A stretch of 64,000 bases of DNA from a virus. The translations under genes were made by a program, and so were the position numbers. The stretch covers positions 45,230-109,229 of the IMG/VR virus record IMGVR_UViG_3300045971_000674, one strand, 5' to 3'. Positions 1 through 9,280 of this stretch are shown piece by piece (the first letter of the stretch is position 1; each line of letters opens with the position of its first letter). Under the pieces are notes generated by a model. That model made no database searches and was not told the origin of the DNA. It worked only from the letters and a program-made list of their open reading frames with translations.

Positions 1-74
1 TATGGCAGACCCCCGAACATCGCGCTAAAGTGGTGCAAGCCCAGCGCAATGCGCATATGAAGGGGCTTGCGTAA

Positions 75-1772
75 ATGCGTCTTACCTTCCGTCAAGGTAT
101 CGTTAGGTTCCAAACAGACATCAATGGTCAGTCGATATTTCTCCAGAAATCGACACAAGATGCGCAGTTTGTAGACTTAAACGTTTCACCAGACCCCACG
201 ATCATTGCGTTCGCGCATCGTGGGGCCAACTACATCTACGAAGAGGCACGCGGGGTCAAGCGGGCTTGGGGCCCGTTCACCACCAACAAGACAGCGTATC
301 TCTACTGGGACATCAACGTCCTGACAGGCGAGCTGACTCGTGGCTTCACCTACCTGCCGCCACTGAACTCAGGCGTAGAGCCGCACGAGCCGGCTGTTGA
401 TCAACACTGGTTCGACACTGAGAACACCCTGATGAAGGTGTGGAACGGTGCCAAGTGGATCGAGAAGATCCGTGTCTTCGCTGCTGCCTACTCGTCTTCC
501 GCTGTCATCAAGGGCTACTCGCTCGGTTCCCAGGTCGGCATCAATGTCGACACTGAAGCCGGCAACATCGTCCTCGATTCCTACAACAAGCCGCTGCGCC
601 AATCAGACGGCTCATTCGTTACGTCAACGACTGGCATGTCCGTCGTTGGTATCGCCACCAAGAAGATTCGAATTGAGGGCGAGATACTCAATCTCTTGGC
701 GACAGAGTACATCCCCAAATTCAACTGTGTTCAGGCCCGTTCGGGCCGTACGGCTATTATGGCGCGCAGCAACAACCGCATGTCACGGGTCTCAGGCATT
801 GCTGTTGAAGACATGTACCAGGGCGAGACGAGCATCATCATCTCTAGCGGTCTGCTTCGGAATGAGATGTGGAACTGGCCTGCAGCCTCAGTCAACCGCC
901 CGCTGTTCTGCAATGCTGACGGTGAACTGACCTTGACCCCACCGAGCACTGGCGTTCTTCAGCAGGTTGGCAGTGTCTATGACACTGACTGCATCTACGT
1001 TCACATCTATCCGTCGATCACCCTCGACCACCCAGATGGTATCTACCAACCACCGCTGCCAGATCCAATCTCGTACCCTGTCGCCAACTTCACAGCTCAG
1101 CCACTGACACTCACTGGTAATGCACCGCTGTTGGTCAACTTCGTCGACCTCTCCACTGGCGGTCCGATCACGAGCTACGAATGGGACTTCACAAACGACG
1201 GCTCTGTCGATGCAACGACCCAGAATCCGAGCTACACGTTCGCTTCTCCTGGCACATACTCGGTTCGTCTCAAGGTTCGCAACTTGGCTGGTGCCAATGA
1301 AGTCATCAAGACCCAGTACGTGGTTGTTGGTGAGCCGTTGGCTGAACCAGGCAAGACCAACCTCGACGTTCGGATCACTATCAATGGTCAAGAAGACAAC
1401 GGTCATCTCGAGATTCCGCGTGGCGACAACTTCACAGTTCGCTGCCGCATCAGCAACATTGGTACGCAGACCGCCCACACTGTCACTCGCGTCTTCATCG
1501 TGTTCGACGTAGACAACCAGCAAGTGACGCCGATGACGCCAATCCCAGCAGGGCTCAGCACCTCTCGTGGCATTGGCTACAACCAGATCCTCTTCACTCC
1601 TGTGGCCTCCATGGTTCCAGGTGGTGTCGTTGATGTGCCAGCCTTCACGCTGCGCGCCCCAATTCTAGGCAGCCAGATCCGAATGGAAGCTGTCGTTCGC
1701 AGTGCCGACGGTGAGGTAGATGCTGACACCACGAACAACAACCGTGCTCTGACCGTGAGGCTCGTATCATGA
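75..1772 (+). CDS. virion structural/fibre-associated protein with PKD (Ig-like) domain and C-terminal Ig-like domain
   Basis: 565 aa. Classic PKD signature (PVANFTA...APLLVNFVDLSTGGPITSYEWDF...TQNPSYTFASPGTYSVRLKVRN) and a fibre-type P..P.vd.hWFD motif. First gene of a fibre cluster. Confidence 0.7.
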   Translation: MRLTFRQGIVRFQTDINGQSIFLQKSTQDAQFVDLNVSPDPTIIAFAHRGANYIYEEARGVKRAWGPFTTNKTAYLYWDINVLTGELTRGFTYLPPLNSGVEPHEPAVDQHWFDTENTLMKVWNGAKWIEKIRVFAAAYSSSAVIKGYSLGSQVGINVDTEAGNIVLDSYNKPLRQSDGSFVTSTTGMSVVGIATKKIRIEGEILNLLATEYIPKFNCVQARSGRTAIMARSNNRMSRVSGIAVEDMYQGETSIIISSGLLRNEMWNWPAASVNRPLFCNADGELTLTPPSTGVLQQVGSVYDTDCIYVHIYPSITLDHPDGIYQPPLPDPISYPVANFTAQPLTLTGNAPLLVNFVDLSTGGPITSYEWDFTNDGSVDATTQNPSYTFASPGTYSVRLKVRNLAGANEVIKTQYVVVGEPLAEPGKTNLDVRITINGQEDNGHLEIPRGDNFTVRCRISNIGTQTAHTVTRVFIVFDVDNQQVTPMTPIPAGLSTSRGIGYNQILFTPVASMVPGGVVDVPAFTLRAPILGSQIRMEAVVRSADGEVDADTTNNNRALTVRLVS

Positions 1773-2461
1773 GCACCAAGCGCATCTTCCGTCCTGCGTA
1801 TGTAATCGATGAGCTGGGTGAACTGGGTCGGACACCAGACGGTGCCATCTCCAACATCGGCGGTACCGACAGCCCGACCTTTACCGTTGGTGGATTCCCA
1901 GTCGTCGTCGACACTGGCGTCGGCCCAAGCAATGCAAACCTGCAAAGCGTCTATGATCTGTCTGTCACAGGAAACACCAACCTGTCGACTGGCAAGAACT
2001 GGTCGATCAATGCCCTGAACGGCAACAAGCTGATCGTTGATGCTGCCACTGGCAATGTCACGATCAACGGGCTGATCAACGGTGTCAACCTCGGTCTTCT
2101 CAATGCCCACGTCGATGGTGCAGTTACTCCTGCCAAGCACACTGCTTCACAGGTTTCAGCTGACACATCAACGATGGTCAACATTGTTGGCGCATCAGTT
2201 CAGCAGGCCCTTGAATCGATTGACGGTCAACTTGGTGTTTTGGCAGTTGGCAACGCTGCTGGCTACGAATACATCAAGGCGATTCCAGCTACTGTTTGGA
2301 CAATCGTCCATAGCAACAACACCAAACGAGTTCAAGTCCAGATCTGGGACGAAAGCGACAATATGGTCTTCGCAGACACTGTCAGTATCGTCGATTCCAA
2401 CACTGTCCGTGTCGTTTTCAGTACTGCCCAGGCGGGCCGGGCAATCTTGATGCTTTTCTGA
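1769..2461 (+). CDS. fibre-associated protein with C-terminal W-x-I-x-H module
   Basis: 230 aa, ATGA-coupled to the upstream gene. Gly/Thr/Asn-rich. C-terminal WTIVHSNN...VQVQIWD...TVRVVFSTAQAGRA. Confidence 0.6.
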   Translation: MSTKRIFRPAYVIDELGELGRTPDGAISNIGGTDSPTFTVGGFPVVVDTGVGPSNANLQSVYDLSVTGNTNLSTGKNWSINALNGNKLIVDAATGNVTINGLINGVNLGLLNAHVDGAVTPAKHTASQVSADTSTMVNIVGASVQQALESIDGQLGVLAVGNAAGYEYIKAIPATVWTIVHSNNTKRVQVQIWDESDNMVFADTVSIVDSNTVRVVFSTAQAGRAILMLF

Positions 2462-2514
2462 TCCTTTTCTGAAGCCATCAATAAATACGGTGGTAAGAGA
2501 AAAGATCAAGCCAT

Positions 2515-2742
2515 ATGACACGAAACCTTGAAACAAGCGATATCGTCCTTGCGGCAACGCTTAAGGTCCAGGGTCAGAAACTTGACAGGATCGAAAAGCA
2601 GGGCAATCGCGGGATTTTCTGCTTCGTCGATGTAGATGAAACCTTGCTGAACGAGTTTGATCTCGGCCATGCATTGGTGGAACCGGTTTCCCTAAATAAC
2701 GCCATCAAGGCACTGACCACCGCGACTCGTCGCATCAGCTAA
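2515..2742 (+). CDS. small conserved phage protein (DUF5659-like)
   Basis: 75 aa, preceded by TAAATA. N-terminal ETSDIVLAATLK pattern resembles the DUF5659 family (recognised by eye). Confidence 0.5.
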   Translation: MTRNLETSDIVLAATLKVQGQKLDRIEKQGNRGIFCFVDVDETLLNEFDLGHALVEPVSLNNAIKALTTATRRIS

Positions 2743-2767
2743 TCAACCGTCCTAGGAGACACTCACT

Positions 2768-5578
2768 ATGAAGATCAATGGCTCACTGGTATTTGACGCA
2801 TCGTCTGCATCAGAAATCCAAAACCTGCGCGTCGAAAAGTTCTCGTCCACGCCGTCGCACAACCAGGGTTCTGACCAGGGCCGTGCGATTTTCAACACGA
2901 CCGAAAACGTCCTGTACTACGGTTCGGCAACTGCTTGGGTGCCTATCGCTACTGGCGGCAACGCTGCAAACCTGCAGACCGAAGTCAATGCAATCGAAAC
3001 ATCGATTGGCGCCGTCGTCAACAGCGCCGGTGTGTTCGTACCGGGTCAAGTGACCCTGGCAACTGGCCCTTCAGCCGCCACTTCGATTACCGGCATTCTG
3101 CAAGAAATCGCTACCTACGCTACAGGCAAGGACCAGCTGGCTGAGCTCAGCGACGTTGCAATGACTTCACCAGGCACTGGTGACTTCCTGCGTTACAACG
3201 GTACCAAGTGGACTGATGCTGTCATCGACTTCGTCGCTGACCTTGGTCTCACAGTCACCCCAGCTGAACTGAACGAACTTCACACTGCCGGCGCCGTTCT
3301 TGCCGATTTCGTGAAGCTGCACGCTGTCACAGCTTCTGCTGCTGATCTGAACCTGCTGACTGCCGCTGAAGCCGGTACTGCTCTGACACCATTCGCTGGT
3401 GCTGCCATCACATCGACGAACCTGAGCCACCTGTCTGGTTCGACCTCGAACATTCAGACCCAACTGAACAACAAGCAGCCGCTTGACGCTACGTTGACAG
3501 CTCTTGCTGGCATCGATGCGCTGACTGGCATTCTGGTTGAGACTGGCACGAACACGTTCGTTGCTCGCTCACTCGTGGAGCCTGCTGCTGGTGTCACGAT
3601 CGCTGACCCAGCAGGCATTCTCGGCAACCCAACGTTCGCTCTTGCAAACGACCTGGCTGCCCTCGAAGGTCTGGCTGCCACCGGTATCGCTGTTCGCACT
3701 GGTGTTGATGCTTGGACACAAGTTGCAATCACACAATCCGCTGGCCGCACTGTGGTCACGAACGGTGACGGCGTTGCCGGTGCACCAACAATCGACCTTG
3801 CAACTGTCGCAAACTCTGGCACGGGCACGTTCCTGAAGCTGGCTACTGACACATACGGCCGCGTTACTGGTACTGCAGCTGTTCTGACCGCTGACATCAC
3901 CGGTCTCGTAGACGCCACATACGTGAATGTTACCGGCGACACGATGGCAACTGCAGCTAACCTCACGTTCGTTGGTGGTGGTGAAGTTCTTGGTCTGCCA
4001 AGCACCCCATCAGTTGACTCTGCCGCCGCTTCGAAGGCTTACGTTGACTCTGTCGCTGCTGGCCTGTCATGGAAGCAATCAGTTCGCGTCGCTTCAATTG
4101 CTGACGTCACGGTCGCATCGGCTCCTGCAGCAATCGACGGCATCACGCTCGTCTCTGGCGACCGCGTTCTGTTGAAGAGCCAGACTGCTGGCGCCGAAAA
4201 CGGTATCTACGTGTTCAATGGCACTGGTGCAGCAATGACCCGTGCAGTTGACATGAATACTGCAGTTGAATTCTCTGGTGCTACCGTGTTCGTTGCAGAG
4301 GGCGCAACGTTCGCTGACTCTGGTTGGACACAGACTGCCGAAGTCGTGACTGTTGGCACTACCGCAGTTTCCTTTACGCAGTTCTCTGGTTCCTCGACTT
4401 ACACTTGGGGCGTCGGTCTTGCTCTTACTGGCAACACCGTCAACGTCAACCTCGGTGCTGGTATTGCTCAGCTCCCATCGGACGAAGTTGGTATCGACCT
4501 GTTCAACACGACCACCGGCGCCGTCATTCTGACGGACGACGGCTCCACTCGTGCTGCTTCTCCAGCCTCGAACTCGAAGCTTCACCTTCTGCTTGATACG
4601 ACTGCTACTGGTGGTCTTGATCAAGGCACCCTCGGTCTGTTCATCAAGGCTGCTGGTGTCACGAACGCTCAACTCGCAAACAGCACGATCACTCTCGATG
4701 CTGACGACGTTGGCTCTGCCACTGTCGCCCTTGGCGCTACCCTGAAGGTCTTCGGTGACACTGCTTCTGGCGTGTCTACCTCGATCAACGCTGGTGGTTT
4801 CAAGGTTGTTGTTGGTGATGCCGCTTACGCTCAGAAGGGTGTTGCTCAATTCACAACCGGCACATTCGCAGTGACCGCTGGTGTTGTTGATGTGGCTGCC
4901 GCTGGTATCACAAACGTGATGCTGGCAAACAGCACGATCAACTTTGCTGGTGCTACTGGCGCTGATACTGTTGCTCTCGGTGAAACGTTCACGTTCACGG
5001 ACGGCGGTTCGCACGCTGTTGCTGGTCGTCTGGTGGACACGACTGTTGCTGCCAATGCAGTGACTGTCAAGGTCCGCGAAGCAACTGCTTCACTGCTTGG
5101 CGTGGCTTCCTTCGATGCCAACATGTTCACGGTCACCGCTGGTGCCGTAACGCTGACAGCAACGCTTGACGATCTGACCAACGTTGCTGGCGCTGACGCT
5201 GCTGGTAACGGTGACCTGCTCACGAAGACTGCAACCGACTGGGTGCCAGTTACTCGCACCGCATTCTTGGGTGCAATGACCCTTGGCGATCTGGGCGATG
5301 TCGGCACTGCACCAGCAACGACTCCTGGCCAAGTGCTGGTTGCCGACGGTGCTGCTTGGCAAGCCAAGTCAGCTTACTACCTGCACTCGCAAGCTGTGGC
5401 AGCTTCAACATGGACAGTGACCCACAACCTGGGCCAACAGTTCTGCAACGTGACAGTTCTTGATGACACGAACAACGTGGTCATTCCACAGTCAATCGTC
5501 ATGGGTAGCACGACCGGTCTCGTTGTGACCTTCAACACTGCTGTCGCCGGCAAGGTTGTTGTGATGGGCATTGCCTAA
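2768..5578 (+). CDS. long tail/head fibre protein
   Basis: 936 aa, Ala/Thr/Gly/Val-rich. Motifs DAASKAYVD, WKQSVRVAS, GDRVLLKSQT...ENGIYV, TDTYGRVTG and L-x-D/E-L-x-D-V repeats. RBS GGAG; followed by a terminator. Confidence 0.8.
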   Translation: MKINGSLVFDASSASEIQNLRVEKFSSTPSHNQGSDQGRAIFNTTENVLYYGSATAWVPIATGGNAANLQTEVNAIETSIGAVVNSAGVFVPGQVTLATGPSAATSITGILQEIATYATGKDQLAELSDVAMTSPGTGDFLRYNGTKWTDAVIDFVADLGLTVTPAELNELHTAGAVLADFVKLHAVTASAADLNLLTAAEAGTALTPFAGAAITSTNLSHLSGSTSNIQTQLNNKQPLDATLTALAGIDALTGILVETGTNTFVARSLVEPAAGVTIADPAGILGNPTFALANDLAALEGLAATGIAVRTGVDAWTQVAITQSAGRTVVTNGDGVAGAPTIDLATVANSGTGTFLKLATDTYGRVTGTAAVLTADITGLVDATYVNVTGDTMATAANLTFVGGGEVLGLPSTPSVDSAAASKAYVDSVAAGLSWKQSVRVASIADVTVASAPAAIDGITLVSGDRVLLKSQTAGAENGIYVFNGTGAAMTRAVDMNTAVEFSGATVFVAEGATFADSGWTQTAEVVTVGTTAVSFTQFSGSSTYTWGVGLALTGNTVNVNLGAGIAQLPSDEVGIDLFNTTTGAVILTDDGSTRAASPASNSKLHLLLDTTATGGLDQGTLGLFIKAAGVTNAQLANSTITLDADDVGSATVALGATLKVFGDTASGVSTSINAGGFKVVVGDAAYAQKGVAQFTTGTFAVTAGVVDVAAAGITNVMLANSTINFAGATGADTVALGETFTFTDGGSHAVAGRLVDTTVAANAVTVKVREATASLLGVASFDANMFTVTAGAVTLTATLDDLTNVAGADAAGNGDLLTKTATDWVPVTRTAFLGAMTLGDLGDVGTAPATTPGQVLVADGAAWQAKSAYYLHSQAVAASTWTVTHNLGQQFCNVTVLDDTNNVVIPQSIVMGSTTGLVVTFNTAVAGKVVVMGIA

Positions 5579-5600
5579 GCTCTACTGAGCATCTCCTGAC

Positions 5601-5626
5601 AAGGGCAGCTTCGGCTGCCCTTTCTT
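5601..5626 (+). terminator. rho-independent terminator
   Basis: AAGGGCAGC-TTCG-GCTGCCCTT followed by TCTT, immediately after the fibre gene. Confidence 0.85.
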
Positions 5627-5689
5627 CTGCCTGGGCCTAGCACTCACCATAAATACCAGGATCCAACACCTAACCTCAAGGACACCTCC

Positions 5690-6289
5690 ATGAAGTTCTA
5701 CGGCGACGCCAATCTTCAACAGAACGAGCTCCAGAACGCTGTTCTCTCTACCCTCACGCAGTTTCCATCACCCCCAAAGCAAGGTCAGATCGCGTTTGTT
5801 CGCAGCGTTGTCTACATCTGCGTTACGGCTGGCGAGCTTCCTGTCTGGGTTCCGCTGACGAATGAAATCACGGCTTACACCCACAACCAAGAAGGCTTGT
5901 CTGCCAACTGGTCGATCAGCCACCCACTGAACACGATGTCGGTGAACGTGCAGGTTTATGACGGCACCAACAACGTGATCATTCCCGATTCGATCGTCAC
6001 CACTGGTCCAGGCACCGTGCTTGTGAACTTCTCGACGGCAACTGGTGGTCGTGCTGTCGTGATCACCGGTCAGTTCGACGGCAACCCAAAGCCAACATAC
6101 GCCTTCACGTACTACCAGAACCCAGCCTCCACAACTTGGACAATCACCCACAATCTTGGCTACAACCCAGTTGTGCGTGTGTTCATTGGCAATGACGAAG
6201 TTCAGCCGCTCACGACCAGCCACCCTTCGATCATGCAGACAGTTATCACATTCACCACAGCTCAGGCCGGCTACGCTCGCCTGATTTAA
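5690..6289 (+). CDS. fibre-associated protein with two W-x-I-x-H modules
   Basis: 199 aa with WSISHPLN and WTITHNLG modules. TAAATA at 5650-5655 and RBS AGGA. Confidence 0.65.
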   Translation: MKFYGDANLQQNELQNAVLSTLTQFPSPPKQGQIAFVRSVVYICVTAGELPVWVPLTNEITAYTHNQEGLSANWSISHPLNTMSVNVQVYDGTNNVIIPDSIVTTGPGTVLVNFSTATGGRAVVITGQFDGNPKPTYAFTYYQNPASTTWTITHNLGYNPVVRVFIGNDEVQPLTTSHPSIMQTVITFTTAQAGYARLI

Positions 6290-6298
6290 GGAGCTGTC

Positions 6299-6526
6299 AT
6301 GTCACTAACTCGCACTCTCGCAATGCTCTACACTCACACGCAGGACGTTCCTGCAACTGAGTGGGTGATCGTTCACAACCTCAACCTCTATCCAATCGTG
6401 GATTGCTACGTGACGGACAATGGTGTCAACCAGAAGATCCTTCCAAGTGCCATCACATTCATCAATCTCAACACCTGCATGGTGACCTTTACGGTTGCCA
6501 CGGCAGGACACGCAACGGTGGTGTAA
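6299..6526 (+). CDS. stand-alone W-x-I-x-H-N-L module protein
   Basis: 75 aa, WVIVHNLNLYPIVDCYV...VTFTVATAGHA. RBS AGGAG. Confidence 0.65.
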   Translation: MSLTRTLAMLYTHTQDVPATEWVIVHNLNLYPIVDCYVTDNGVNQKILPSAITFINLNTCMVTFTVATAGHATVV

Positions 6527-6527
6527 C

Positions 6528-6752
6528 ATGGCACGCTCAGTAGGTATTCCCGTTTTCCACCACACGCAAGATTCCTCGTCTATGACGTGGACCATTGTTC
6601 ACAATCTCGGTCACCGCCCAACCCATGATGTGTGCGTCATGAATGACGGCGTGCTCGAGAAGATCTATCCGCTGCGTGTGACCCACGTAGACGACAACAC
6701 CCTCATGCTGGAATTTTCGATTCCACGTACAGGATTCGCCCGCCTGTTTTAA
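6528..6752 (+). CDS. stand-alone W-x-I-x-H-N-L module protein
   Basis: 74 aa from ATG 6528, WTIVHNLGHRPTHDVCV...LEFSIPRTGFARL. Paralog of the upstream gene. Confidence 0.65.
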   Translation: MARSVGIPVFHHTQDSSSMTWTIVHNLGHRPTHDVCVMNDGVLEKIYPLRVTHVDDNTLMLEFSIPRTGFARLF

Positions 6753-6782
6753 TAGGGCGCATACGCATAGGAGCATACCAAG

Positions 6783-7196
6783 ATGGGATTTCTATCAGTC
6801 ATCGGAATCAAGGGCGTTGTGATCATCGCCCTTGTTCTTGGCCTTGGCGGTTGGGCAGGCTACAACCACTATCAGATCTCATCTGCTAAGGCGGAGCGCG
6901 ACACAGCAATCGCCGAACGCGATGAAGCAGGCATTGCACGTGACAAGGCTGTTGAAGCCAACAAGGTCACGCAGGCCACGATCGAGCAGTTGACCAAAGA
7001 GAAGGCCGACATTCAAGTGGCGCTCAACAACCTCGATGCCGATCGGAAGAAGAACCAGACGGTCATCAACAACCTGTCATCGGTCATTCGCTCGATGGCG
7101 GCCGACCCAGCCAACAAGGTGGCTCTGAGCCCGGTGTTGCAGCGGACGGTCGATGACATTCAGAAGCAGCGCGCTGCACGGGAGGCATTGCCATGA
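6783..7196 (+). CDS. inner-membrane spanin (Rz-like)
   Basis: 137 aa with an N-terminal TM helix and a long coiled coil. Overlaps a lipoprotein gene by 4 bp. Confidence 0.7.
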   Translation: MGFLSVIGIKGVVIIALVLGLGGWAGYNHYQISSAKAERDTAIAERDEAGIARDKAVEANKVTQATIEQLTKEKADIQVALNNLDADRKKNQTVINNLSSVIRSMAADPANKVALSPVLQRTVDDIQKQRAAREALP

Positions 7197-7522
7197 AGCG
7201 CATCATTCTAGCCCTTGCGGCCACTCTCGCTCTTGCTGGTTGCGATACCTTCGTCCGCAAGGAAGTTGTTGTTGAGACGCACTACGTTGTGCGCAAGGCG
7301 ACCGATCAACAGAAGGCTCTGCCTCCATACCCAGCACCGCTGAATGTGGCAACTGCCGATCAGCTGTCCCTTGCTGACTGGATTGCCCAGAGCGAGAAGC
7401 GCCAATACGATCTCGAATCAATCATCAAGCGGCTCGTGGAATACTACGAGCAAGCCCCAACCCCTGAAGAGAAGGCTGCTGCCCCGGCTGCACCCGCGTC
7501 GGCTGCCTCTGCCGCTAAATGA
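7193..7522 (+). CDS. outer-membrane lipoprotein spanin (Rz1-like)
   Basis: 109 aa, signal peptide with lipobox LAG-C, Pro-rich segment. ATGA overlap with the i-spanin candidate. Confidence 0.7.
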   Translation: MKRIILALAATLALAGCDTFVRKEVVVETHYVVRKATDQQKALPPYPAPLNVATADQLSLADWIAQSEKRQYDLESIIKRLVEYYEQAPTPEEKAAAPAAPASAASAAK

Positions 7523-9144
7523 GCTGCTGTCCTGAAGCACCACAGATCAACGTTGCAGATGTAGGCACTGACGAGCCATCTCAAGGTGCTGAGGTCGAGC
7601 GCATTCCTGGCGAGAGCGAGGACTGTTATGTCAAGCGTGCTGGCAATGTCAACTCCACTGGATCTGTTGGTGACAAGACCGAGGAAGTAGCAGACAAGAT
7701 TGCGCAGAACTCGGTGGTGCCAGACGGAACTGCAGCCATCAATCTGCAGTTCACGATGTCGAAGGGCTCTCAAGTCCCTGATCATTGGGTGTTCGAGCCT
7801 GCTTCTGTTGGCGGTGTGACGGGTACTTCGAGCGGACTATTCAGCGGAACATTCGACCCGAACGTCTTTGGCACGAAGCTCCAGATTCGGGTGAAGGCCA
7901 TGAAGGCTGACAACTCGGTCATCGACGATCGCACCTACAGCTTCTCGCCTACGATCTATGACAGCTCGAACTCGATCAAGCTACAGCACCCACTTCCTGG
8001 CTCCATCACCACCTCCAAGTTCGGTCCTCGGAAGCCTCCTGCAACTGGCGCAAGCTCGAACCACTTCGCCCTTGACTTTGCCTACGGTGGTGGGACCACA
8101 AAGGATGTCTGCTGCGCTGCTGATGGTGAAGTCACGCTTGCACGACCCGGTTCTGGCTATGGCAACTATGTGATGGTGAAGCACAAGGACGCTTCAGGCA
8201 AGCACCTCATCACCACCCTCTACGCCCACATGGAGACATTGTACGTCAAGGTCGGACAGAAGGTTTCTGCTGGTCAGACTCTCGGCAAGGAAGGCAACAC
8301 CGGCATCGGTTCGGGTGCTCACCTCCACTTCGAGGTTCGACTGCCTGACGACACGAAGGTAGATCCAACTCCATACCTGAATGGTGGGGTGCAGGTGGCT
8401 AACGGCGTTCGACCAAACAACACACCTGATGACAGCGGCACTTCACCTCCGCTGGATGGCGGCAAGGCCATCACGAAGGCTGAAGTAGATGCACGCCAGT
8501 CATGCGAAGCATTCGGCACATCCTATCCAGCAGGTGCTCCAGGATCTACTCCTCCACCAGAAAGTGGCGGCATTACCCCTCCGCCTGGAGCTAATGCCTT
8601 CGAGAAGACATGGTTCTACACCATGACACACGAAGTCAGTCCTCGTTGGGGTAGCGATGCATCATGGTCGCCGACAGATGCAGACGTGGCTGCTGGCAAG
8701 ATGGACACATCGAACCAGAAGCTGCACGTTGGCTACCTCGACCATCCTAAAGACCCAGGTGGTTTGACGAAGTTCGGCGTGGCACAGCGCTACAACCCGA
8801 ACGTCCAGATCTTTGACATGTCCTACGAGCAAGCACGCTCGACTGGCTACAACGTCTACTGGCTTGCCAAGCAGAATGACTGCTCGCAGATCACATCGGG
8901 CAAGATTGCCTGCATGGCTTTCGACATGAACTACGCCCTCGGCCCGGGCACTGCAAAGGCGTTGATGCAGAAGGCTGGAATTACCGGCAACGAGACAGGT
9001 GCTGCAGAGATTGCCGCTGTAGAGAAGCTAGGTGATGTCTACATCGCCTACTATCTGTCTCGCCCTGCCGACAAGGTTGCGGCGTTCGGTAAGGGCTGGA
9101 CCGCGCGGGTCAAGCGTGGTGTTGAGTTTGCGAAGACGGTCTGA
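7519..9144 (+). CDS. dual peptidoglycan hydrolase: M23 peptidase + GH108-type lysozyme
   Basis: M23 motifs HFALDF, YGNYVMVKH, TLYAHM, GAHLHFEVR. C-terminal GYLDHPKDPGGLTKFGVAQ is GH108-like. Confidence 0.8.
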   Translation: MSCCPEAPQINVADVGTDEPSQGAEVERIPGESEDCYVKRAGNVNSTGSVGDKTEEVADKIAQNSVVPDGTAAINLQFTMSKGSQVPDHWVFEPASVGGVTGTSSGLFSGTFDPNVFGTKLQIRVKAMKADNSVIDDRTYSFSPTIYDSSNSIKLQHPLPGSITTSKFGPRKPPATGASSNHFALDFAYGGGTTKDVCCAADGEVTLARPGSGYGNYVMVKHKDASGKHLITTLYAHMETLYVKVGQKVSAGQTLGKEGNTGIGSGAHLHFEVRLPDDTKVDPTPYLNGGVQVANGVRPNNTPDDSGTSPPLDGGKAITKAEVDARQSCEAFGTSYPAGAPGSTPPPESGGITPPPGANAFEKTWFYTMTHEVSPRWGSDASWSPTDADVAAGKMDTSNQKLHVGYLDHPKDPGGLTKFGVAQRYNPNVQIFDMSYEQARSTGYNVYWLAKQNDCSQITSGKIACMAFDMNYALGPGTAKALMQKAGITGNETGAAEIAAVEKLGDVYIAYYLSRPADKVAAFGKGWTARVKRGVEFAKTV

Positions 9145-9279
9145 CAGGTCCCGGTTCTCCACATTGGTCCGCAGGATCTCGAGCCACTCAGGGATCTTCC
9201 AGCCGTCTTCAGTCAACTGCGCGAAGACGGTCTCCAGGTGATCCACCTGTTCGGCGGTTATTGATCCCAGCCAAACCAT
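9028..9279 (-). CDS. hypothetical protein (3' part antisense to the hydrolase gene)
   Basis: ATG at 9279 is coupled to the upstream TGA; 83 aa. Confidence 0.4.
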   Translation of the reverse strand: MVWLGSITAEQVDHLETVFAQLTEDGWKIPEWLEILRTNVENRDLSDRLRKLNTTLDPRGPALTERRNLVGRARQIVGDVDIT

Positions 9280-9280
9280 T

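Noticed and set aside
9130-9233. 13-bp direct repeat GCGAAGACGGTCT (9130-9142 and 9221-9233) as a target-site duplication
   Set aside because: No mobile-element gene lies between the copies, and one such nearby repeat in 64 kb is compatible with chance.
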